Part shown: positions 57,513-64,000 of the stretch, one piece after another | How the letters are laid out: the number at the start of each line of letters is the position of its first letter | Position numbering within the stretch: the first letter of the stretch is position 1 | From: Clostridia bacterium | Lineage (GTDB): Bacteria; Bacillota; Clostridia; Oscillospirales; CAG-272 | Length of the DNA: 64,000 nucleotides | Direction: 5' to 3' | NCBI GenBank assembly: GCA_017631325.1 | Contig: JAGBTM010000045.1 | Span: 6,037-70,036, forward strand | Notes under the pieces: model-generated | Told to the model about the DNA's origin: nothing | The model's database searches: none | Seen by the model: the letters and a program-made list of their open reading frames with translations, nothing else | Made by a program: the position numbers and the translations under genes

Positions 57513-59264
57513 ATGGAAATGTTAAACGTAACAGTTAACGGTATCGCAGTTAGCGTACCTAAGGGCTCCACTATTCTGGAAGCTGCCCGCGCTGCAGGTG
57601 TGGAAATTCCCACTCTCTGCTTTATGAAAGAAAAGAACGAGATCGGCGCTTGCCGTATCTGCGTTGTTGAGGCTACCGGCGCAAGAGGTCTTGTTACCGC
57701 CTGCGTATACCCTGTAACCGAGGGTATGGAAATCAAAACCAACACTGACAAGGTAAGAGAGGCAAGACGCACTACTCTTGAGCTTATCCTCTCTACTCAC
57801 GATAAGAGCTGTCTTTCCTGCTCTCGCTCTACCAACTGCGAGCTTCAGAAGCTCTGCCTTGAGTACGGTGTAGACGACAAGGCGTTCGACGGCTTCAAGC
57901 CCACCTATGAGCTTGACTACTCTACTCCTCACCTCGTAAGAGATAACAACAAGTGCGTTCTCTGCCGTAGATGCGTTGCAGTTTGCCAGGAGCAGCACGT
58001 TGCAGTTATCGGCGCAAACAACAGAGGTATCGACACCTGCATCGGTCAGGCGTTTGATCTTCCCCTTGCCGAGACACCCTGTATCTCCTGCGGTCAGTGT
58101 ACTGCCGTATGTCCTACCGGCGCTCTCGTTGAGCGTGACGATACCGACAAGGTATGGGCAGCTCTCGCTGACCCCACAAAGCACGTAGTAGTTCAGACTG
58201 CTCCCTCTATCAGAGCAACTCTCGGTGAGTGCTTCGATATGCCTATCGGCACTAACGTTGAGGGCAAGATGGTTGCAGCTCTCAGAAGACTTGGCTTCGA
58301 GAAGGTATTCGACACCAACACCGCGGCTGACTTTACTATCGTAGAGGAAGCAACCGAGCTTCTTGAGAGAGTTAAGAATGGCGGCACTCTCCCCATGATT
58401 ACCTCCTGCTCGCCCGGTTGGGTTAAGTTCTGCGAGTACTACTATCCCGATATGATTAACCACCTCTCCTCCTGCAAGTCTCCTCAGCAGATGGGCGGCG
58501 CTCTCATCAAGTCCTACTGGGCTGATAAGATGGGCTATGATCCCAAGGACGTATTCGTAGTTTCGATTATGCCCTGTACTGCTAAGAAGTTCGAGGTAGG
58601 AAGAGACGATATGTGTGGCGCAGGCGAGGGTATCGTTGACGTTGACGTAGCTCTCACCACACGTGAGCTTGCTAAGATGATAGGCAGAGCGGGAATTAAG
58701 TTCACCTCTCTTCCCGACGAGGAGTTTGACACAGCTCTCGGCATCGACACCGGCGCTGCAGTTATCTTCGGCGCAACCGGAGGCGTTATGGAGGCGGCTC
58801 TCAGAACCGCAAACGACGTTCTCACCGGTAAGGACAACAAGAAGCTCGATTTCACCGAGGTACGCGGTACCGAGGGTCTCAAGGAGGCTACCTACAATAT
58901 TGCAGGTTTGGAAATCAAGGTTTGCGTTGCTTCCGGCGCAAAGAATGCAAAGGTCGTTATGGACAAGATTGCAAAGGGCGAGGCAGACTGGACCTTCGTT
59001 GAGATTATGGGTTGCCCCGGCGGTTGCGTAAACGGTGGCGGTCAGCCTATCCAGCCTCAGTACGTAAGAGACACCGTTGACCTCAAGTCCGTGCGCGCAA
59101 AGGCTCTCTACGACCAGGACGCTAAGATGGAAATGAGAAAATCTCACCAGAACCCCATCATTAAGGAAGTTTACGACAACTACTTCAAGGGTGGCTACGG
59201 CTGTCACAAGGCTCACCATCTTCTCCACACCTCTTACGTTGCGCGTAAGAAGTACAATATTTGA
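57513..59264 (+). CDS. hydA: [FeFe] hydrogenase catalytic subunit (HydA, multi-cluster M3-type N-terminus)
   Basis: N-terminal 2Fe-2S and 4Fe-4S Cys motifs. H-cluster motifs read TSCSPGW, MPCTAKKFE and EIMGCPGGCVNGGGQP. Confidence 0.9.
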   Translation: MEMLNVTVNGIAVSVPKGSTILEAARAAGVEIPTLCFMKEKNEIGACRICVVEATGARGLVTACVYPVTEGMEIKTNTDKVREARRTTLELILSTHDKSCLSCSRSTNCELQKLCLEYGVDDKAFDGFKPTYELDYSTPHLVRDNNKCVLCRRCVAVCQEQHVAVIGANNRGIDTCIGQAFDLPLAETPCISCGQCTAVCPTGALVERDDTDKVWAALADPTKHVVVQTAPSIRATLGECFDMPIGTNVEGKMVAALRRLGFEKVFDTNTAADFTIVEEATELLERVKNGGTLPMITSCSPGWVKFCEYYYPDMINHLSSCKSPQQMGGALIKSYWADKMGYDPKDVFVVSIMPCTAKKFEVGRDDMCGAGEGIVDVDVALTTRELAKMIGRAGIKFTSLPDEEFDTALGIDTGAAVIFGATGGVMEAALRTANDVLTGKDNKKLDFTEVRGTEGLKEATYNIAGLEIKVCVASGAKNAKVVMDKIAKGEADWTFVEIMGCPGGCVNGGGQPIQPQYVRDTVDLKSVRAKALYDQDAKMEMRKSHQNPIIKEVYDNYFKGGYGCHKAHHLLHTSYVARKKYNI

Positions 59265-59310
59265 TTTATTAATTCGTGAGTGCATTTTGCACAGCGAAAA
59301 TAAGGCAAAA

Positions 59311-59345
59311 AAGACTGTCCTCACTTGAGGGCAGTCTTTTGATTT
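59311..59345 (+). terminator. Rho-independent terminator of the hyd operon
   Basis: 12 bp stem (one G-U pair), aagactgtcctc / gagggcagtctt, with a 4 nt loop and then a T-run. Confidence 0.8.
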
Positions 59346-59350
59346 ACTAA

Positions 59351-59495
59351 TATTTTAGGTAGTATTAAGTCGATTTAACTACTTACTATTTTAGGTAGTA
59401 TTAAGTCGATTTAACTACTTAATATTTCGGGTAGGATTTAACAGAATTTAAGTACTTAATATTCTAGATAGAATTAAGAGGATTTAACCACTCCC
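59351..59495. repeat. four tandem ~36 bp repeats decaying toward, and including, the 3' end of the radical SAM gene
   Basis: Units at 59351-86 and 59387-422 are identical except for the last base. Units at 59423-59 and 59460-95 become progressively degenerate. The last covers the final codons and stop at 59474. Confidence 0.85.
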
Positions 59496-60397
59496 GTACC
59501 GTCAAACGCGGGTACGTAGCTATCTGTTGCTGAGGCGCTATCCTGAATAAAGGCGTGTGTTACGCCAATTTTATCGGCATATTCCACAAGCTCGCGATAT
59601 TCTTCTCTGGTCACCTTGCGTGATAGCGGCTTTGCCATATCGGGCATCGGGGTATACTGCGACATAAGGCTCAGGTAAATATCATCACCGTACCTTTCGT
59701 AGAGATATTTGACGGTCAGCTTCGCCTCGGCTACATGAGATGGCAAAAGAAGAATTCTAACAACAACTCCACGACGGATAGTACCGTCCTCACCAATAGC
59801 GGCCTTGCCCGTCTGAGAAACCATCTCATCTATGATTTCTCTTATATTCTCGGGATATTTCGGGGCAGACGCGTATTTCTCGGCTGTTTTTGAGGTATAG
59901 AATTTGAAGTCGGGAAGATAAACGTCTACTGTACCCGAGAGTGAGCGAACAGTTTTGAAAGTATCATAGCCACCCGTATTATAAACTATCGGCAGAGTCA
60001 GTCCCCTCTCTTTTGCGAGAGAGGTGGCTTCCTTTACCGAGGGGGCGTAGTGTGTAGGTGTAACGAAATTAATATTATGTGCACCGCTATCTTGAAGCTC
60101 CAACATAATTTCGCAAAGGCGATGGACGTCAACCTTTGCTCCAAACGGACCTCGTGATATTTCCCTGTTCTGACAAAAAGCGCAACCGAGCGAGCAGCCG
60201 GAAAAGAATATAGTTCCCGAACCGCGAGTGCCGGATATAATAGGCTCCTCCCATAAATGAAGCGCGGCTCGCGCAATATAAATATCGCTTGGCATTTTGC
60301 AAAAACCGACACTTTTTTCTCTGTCAGCTTTACATTCTCTTTTACAAAGAGTGCATTTTCTGTAAATATCCTTACTCACCGTTGCTCCTTTCTTCAT
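59474..60397 (-). CDS. radical SAM protein (PflX / activating-enzyme-like)
   Basis: CSLGCAFCQN (CxxxCxxC) preceded by an N-terminal Cys cluster. 307 aa. Confidence 0.8.
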   Translation of the reverse strand: MKKGATVSKDIYRKCTLCKRECKADREKSVGFCKMPSDIYIARAALHLWEEPIISGTRGSGTIFFSGCSLGCAFCQNREISRGPFGAKVDVHRLCEIMLELQDSGAHNINFVTPTHYAPSVKEATSLAKERGLTLPIVYNTGGYDTFKTVRSLSGTVDVYLPDFKFYTSKTAEKYASAPKYPENIREIIDEMVSQTGKAAIGEDGTIRRGVVVRILLLPSHVAEAKLTVKYLYERYGDDIYLSLMSQYTPMPDMAKPLSRKVTREEYRELVEYADKIGVTHAFIQDSASATDSYVPAFDGTGVVKSS

Positions 60398-60528
60398 TCA
60401 AATGCAATTTTCTGCCTTGGTTTTTGATTTGATTTTAGGTTTTTATGGTTTTTGCTATTTGTTTTGGTACTTTGAAGCTTTGAAATTTCAAAGTCTTTCG
60501 GATGCTTTTTCTACTTTAGAAAGAGCAG

Positions 60529-60557
60529 TTGACAAAACGTTTATATTGTGATAAAAT
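60529..60557 (+). promoter_or_regulatory. sigma-A type promoter
   Basis: TTGACA, 17 nt spacer ending in TGA (extended -10), TAAAAT. Confidence 0.65.
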
Positions 60558-60605
60558 TAAATAGTAAATTTCTAAAACAGTAAATTTTCACTCTCGAGGT
60601 GCATT

Positions 60606-61091
60606 ATGGATAAAAGACAAGACTACATATCCTGGGACGAATACTTTATGGGTGTTGCCCTGCTTGCAGCGCAGAGGTCCAAGGACCCCAGCACGCAGGT
60701 TGGCGCGTGTATAGTTGACGCTGATAAAAGAATACTCTCGACAGGCTACAACGGTTTCCCTAAGGGCTGCTCCGACGACGAGTTCCCTTGGAACAGAGAT
60801 GAGTCCGTCGGCGAGACGAAATATCCCTTCGTCGTACACGCTGAGCTCAACGCCATACTCAATGCAAGTGGAAAGAAGCTTTCGGGCTCTGTCGTTTACG
60901 TTGCTCTGTTCCCCTGCCACGAGTGTGCAAAGGCAATAATACAGTCGGGCATCAAGGAGGTTGTATATCTATCGGATAAATACCACGACACTCCCTCCAC
61001 TGAGGCCTCGCGCAGAATGTTATCCTCTGCGGGCGTAAAGCTGACACACTTCAAGCCAACCAAGGCACAAATCGTCCTTGGCTTTAACTGA
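60606..61091 (+). CDS. deoxycytidylate (dCMP) deaminase
   Basis: VHAELNAI and PCHECAK zinc motifs. 161 aa. Confidence 0.85.
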   Translation: MDKRQDYISWDEYFMGVALLAAQRSKDPSTQVGACIVDADKRILSTGYNGFPKGCSDDEFPWNRDESVGETKYPFVVHAELNAILNASGKKLSGSVVYVALFPCHECAKAIIQSGIKEVVYLSDKYHDTPSTEASRRMLSSAGVKLTHFKPTKAQIVLGFN

Positions 61092-61115
61092 CGTACTAAA
61101 TTTTAGCATAAGGCA

Positions 61116-61150
61116 AGCCGCTTGTCAAGTGACGGGCGGCTCCTTTTTTC
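61116..61150 (+). terminator. candidate terminator
   Basis: Stem agccgc / gcggct with a 14 nt loop, then cc and T6. Confidence 0.5.
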
Positions 61151-61289
61151 GTTCTTTTTTGTACTTTTTATATGCTTTTTGTACGCCGTATGTGTTTTTT
61201 TGCTTGCTAAATATTATCCTTTGTCTAATTGTCGATTTCTGTTGTTGCTATTATGCGCTTATTACGGTTTTCTTTTTATATATTTTGGG

Positions 61290-61318
61290 TTGACTTTATT
61301 TTGGCAAAGTGATATAAT
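61290..61318 (+). promoter_or_regulatory. sigma-A type promoter
   Basis: TTGACT, 17 nt spacer, TATAAT. Confidence 0.65.
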
Positions 61319-61375
61319 AAACTCATAGCGAAAATTTTAAAATAAATATATTTGCGCTTATAAAGGAGTTTTAAA

Positions 61376-63811
61376 ATGAAAAAGAGGATTTTATCTTTAA
61401 TTTTATGCTTGTTTACCATTTTTTCATTACTTCCCCTTTCCGCTTGTAGCTTTGGTGGCGAAGGCGGTGGTGGCGGTGCTGACGGCGATGATGACGAGAG
61501 CATAAAGAACGTATATGCGGCCTACGTAAGCTACGCTTCGCAAAACGGTGACGAGGTGCTTTCCTACGAAAGCTGGCTTGCAAGCATCAAGGGTGAAAAG
61601 GGTGAGCCCGGCTCAAACGGCGCAAACGGCCTTAACGGTGAGGACGGTAAAGACGGCAAAGACGGTAAAGACGGCGTCGGAATAAAGGATATAACCTCAG
61701 AGCTTGTCGTCCGCGACGGAAAATCCTATATCGTATTCACATACTATATGACTGATAATACTACCAAAACCAGCGAGGTGTGTCTCGGTGATATTTCAAC
61801 CACTCCCCCTGTGGATACAGACGATCCCTGCGAATCCGGACACAGCTTTTCAGAAGGAAAGTGTATGGTCTGCGGTGAAGAGGACCCCGACTATATTCCG
61901 GAACAGACTCCAGACGAGCCCGCAGGCGTTAAGGCAACTATCGCACAGATAATAGCCGGTGATATCGGTTGCACCTATTTGACTCAGGGAGTTGTCGTTG
62001 CGACTAACGCGCAAAGCTTCCTTATCGTTGATGAAACGGGCCTTATTCTCGTTTATATGGGTCCGAGCTGGACGCCCGACGTTGAGGTTGGCGACGTTCT
62101 CTCGGTTGTAGCCACCTCCTCGCTCTACGGCTATGCAGTTCAGCTGAGCGGCTTACCCGTCTATAAAAAGATTGGCAGCACCTCGGTTGATTTTGACGGC
62201 GAATATCCGCTGCCTCTCACACCTGAATATATCAACAGCATAGCAAATCTTGGCTCTATCGTGCCGACCTACGTAGAAATCACGGGTCAGCTTGCTATTT
62301 CGGGCAGCTACTATAACTTAATAGTTGAGGGAACTGATATAAAGGGCAGTATTGCTACGCCTATCCACGAGATTGCCGAGGCGCTTAACGAAGTAAACGG
62401 TGAGAAAATAACCGTCGTAGGCTTCCTTACCGGCATCACGGGTGGTGGAAGATACCTCAGCATTATGTTAACCGACGCGTGGCTTGATAACGATGAGCCC
62501 GAGCCCGAGCCTGATACTCCAAATGAACCCGACGACGGCAAAATACATATCACCTTCTATCACACAATGAACGCTTATGCGCGTACCATTCTTGATAAAT
62601 ACGTAGCTGAGTTTGAGGCTATGTACCCTCAGTATGACGTTGAACACGTGCAGGTAGGCGGCTATGACGACCTGCGTGAAACTATTTTAATTGACGCTGT
62701 TTCGGGCGCAAGGCTTCCTAATATTGCATACTGCTACTCCGACCACGTTGCGCTCTACAATACTCTCGGCATAGTCAAGACGCTTGATGAGTTTATGGAA
62801 AGCGAGATAACCGTTACCAGAGCCGACGGGGTGACCGAGACGGTAGGTCTCACCGAGGCGCAGAAGGCAGACTTTATAAGCGCGTTTCTTAACGAGGGAC
62901 GCGTATTCGGTGACGGTCTGACCTATATGATGCCCTTCTCCAAGTCCACCGAGCTTATGTACTACAACAAGACGTTCTTTGAGGCAAACGGCCTCGAGGT
63001 CCCTACTAATTGGGAAGAGTTTGAGGTGCTGCTCAGAGAAATCAAGAGAATAGACCCCAACTGTATACCCTTTGGCTACGATTCCGAGGCAAACTGGTTT
63101 ATTACACTGTGCCAGCAGTTTGGATATGAGTACACGAGCGCTACCGGTGAGCATTACCTCTTTAACAACGAGGATAACAAGGCGTTTGTAAAGATTTTGC
63201 GCTATTGGTACGAGGAGGGACTTGTAACCACTTCAAACATCATGGGCTCGTACTGCTCTAACGCATTCACAAGCTCTAATATTTACTTCTACATAGGCTC
63301 CTCCGCGGGCGCGCACTACAACGTTCCCTCGGACAACGGCTTTGAGGTAGGTATAGCTTCCATTCCTCAGGCGGACGCGTACAGCTCTGCCGTTATCTCC
63401 CAGGGTCCCTCTCTTTGCGTATTTGAGGGCAGCGAGGAAGAAATGCTCGGTTCGTGGCTGTTCATTAAGTTTATCAGCACAAGCGTAGAGCTTCAGGCTG
63501 AATTTTCTATGTCATCGGGCTATCTTCCCGTAATTAAGTCGGTTATGGAAAACGAGATTTACAAAGTCTTCCTCAAGTCTGCAGACGGATATAGCGGCGT
63601 TACGGCGCTTGCTATCAAGGCTGCCCTCGAGCAGTCCTCCTCCTTCTTCGTGTCTGACGCCTTCGTTGGCTCTGCCACGGCTCGTGAGGAGGTTGGAAGA
63701 ATCGTCTACGAGGCTATGTGCGGTCTTACCCAGGGTGCCGAGAGCGTAGATGAAATGATAGACCGCCTGTTCGAGTCGGCAATTAAGAATTGCAAGGCTG
63801 TGAACAAATAA
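61376..63811 (+). CDS. lipoprotein fusion: collagen-like GXY tract, Cys-rich knuckle, two OB-like beta modules and a family-1 ABC solute-binding domain
   Basis: Lipobox LSAC. GEKGEPGSNGANGLNGEDGKDGKDGKDG. CESGHS...CMVCG. The C-terminal ~420 aa follow the typical sugar-type SBP pattern (ITFYHTM ... GGYDD ... ELMYYNK ... PSLCVF). Confidence 0.75.
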   Translation: MKKRILSLILCLFTIFSLLPLSACSFGGEGGGGGADGDDDESIKNVYAAYVSYASQNGDEVLSYESWLASIKGEKGEPGSNGANGLNGEDGKDGKDGKDGVGIKDITSELVVRDGKSYIVFTYYMTDNTTKTSEVCLGDISTTPPVDTDDPCESGHSFSEGKCMVCGEEDPDYIPEQTPDEPAGVKATIAQIIAGDIGCTYLTQGVVVATNAQSFLIVDETGLILVYMGPSWTPDVEVGDVLSVVATSSLYGYAVQLSGLPVYKKIGSTSVDFDGEYPLPLTPEYINSIANLGSIVPTYVEITGQLAISGSYYNLIVEGTDIKGSIATPIHEIAEALNEVNGEKITVVGFLTGITGGGRYLSIMLTDAWLDNDEPEPEPDTPNEPDDGKIHITFYHTMNAYARTILDKYVAEFEAMYPQYDVEHVQVGGYDDLRETILIDAVSGARLPNIAYCYSDHVALYNTLGIVKTLDEFMESEITVTRADGVTETVGLTEAQKADFISAFLNEGRVFGDGLTYMMPFSKSTELMYYNKTFFEANGLEVPTNWEEFEVLLREIKRIDPNCIPFGYDSEANWFITLCQQFGYEYTSATGEHYLFNNEDNKAFVKILRYWYEEGLVTTSNIMGSYCSNAFTSSNIYFYIGSSAGAHYNVPSDNGFEVGIASIPQADAYSSAVISQGPSLCVFEGSEEEMLGSWLFIKFISTSVELQAEFSMSSGYLPVIKSVMENEIYKVFLKSADGYSGVTALAIKAALEQSSSFFVSDAFVGSATAREEVGRIVYEAMCGLTQGAESVDEMIDRLFESAIKNCKAVNK

Positions 63812-63855
63812 TCGTAATTTTTGAGCGTTTGTTTTTAAAAATCTCAAAAAAGTGC

Positions 63856-63884
63856 TTGACAAATAGACAAAACGCTGATATAAT
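63856..63884 (+). promoter_or_regulatory. sigma-A type promoter
   Basis: Perfect TTGACA, 17 nt spacer, TATAAT. Confidence 0.7.
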
Positions 63885-63934
63885 TTACATATAGTTATTT
63901 TTGAGAGCTCAAAGCAACTCAATTTAAAGTTTTT

Positions 63935-64000
63935 TGCTATGACGCGGAAGAAGTAGCGCATTTTCCTCATTTACAGAGAATGGGCGGTTGGTGCAAGCCC
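63935..64000 (+). promoter_or_regulatory. 5' part of a T-box leader (Stem I), truncated by the window end
   Basis: ATGA..GAAGAAGTAGC (K-turn / AG-box-like region), then CAGAGAA and GGTTGGTGCAAGCCC, matching the AGAGA bulge and GGUGNRA distal-loop elements of Stem I. Confidence 0.55.

Noticed and set aside
57522-59324. 600 aa ORF antisense to hydA, with similar cases at 55722..56765 (antisense to hydB) and 33613..34683 (antisense to the lipoprotein gene).
   Set aside because: All are in exact codon register with a strongly supported sense gene. Their translations are low-complexity (rich in L, V, S and G) with no motifs or RBS. They are explained by avoidance of TTA, CTA and TCA codons in the sense genes.
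59351-59495. Possible CRISPR array (36 bp repeats).
   Set aside because: The repeats are directly tandem with no spacers, they decay in identity, the last unit is part of a coding sequence, and no cas genes are present in the window.

Overview
The window looks like a chromosomal segment of a spore-forming Firmicute of class Clostridia. The taxon call rests on an alpha/beta SASP gene, spoIIGA-sigE, a clostridial-type HydABC hydrogenase, and GGAGG ribosome-binding sites with TTGACA-17-TATAAT promoters. It is gene-dense and mostly housekeeping: gpmI, a type IIA topoisomerase B subunit, ligA, proS, sigA-dnaG, hflX, rpmE, dinB, gltX, rpsT and dCMP deaminase. I saw no transposase, integrase, CRISPR array, tRNA or rRNA.

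Four regions deserve a second look:
1. A tightly packed eight-gene minus-strand operon (10442 down to 2339). It joins guanine deaminase to a membrane-sensor partner-switching module: a fused PP2C phosphatase and RsbW-like kinase, plus three STAS paralogs. The same operon carries a Mesh1-type small alarmone hydrolase, a STAS-APH-like kinase fusion and two proteins I cannot place. No sigma factor is present. A roughly 130 nt nested-helix element sits upstream.
2. A six-gene translationally coupled regulatory island (DRTGG, HATPase, HydS-like, DRTGG, PHP, HATPase) inserted between hydC and hydD-hydB-hydA. It comes with a candidate Rex box and a tandem-repeat array. The catalytic HydA reads TSCSPGW where TSCCPxW is expected.
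3. Several unusual fusions: polyprenol-kinase-like plus DUF92, a collagen-like/OB-like/solute-binding lipoprotein, and a motif-degenerate BirA-like protein.
4. A recurring set of short intergenic tandem repeats, including degenerate duplications of gene 3' ends and phased T-tracts.

All calls come from reading the translated ORFs and the DNA by eye. No database search, HMM scan or folding calculation was run, so family assignments rest on recognised motifs and start codons are best guesses based on RBS context.
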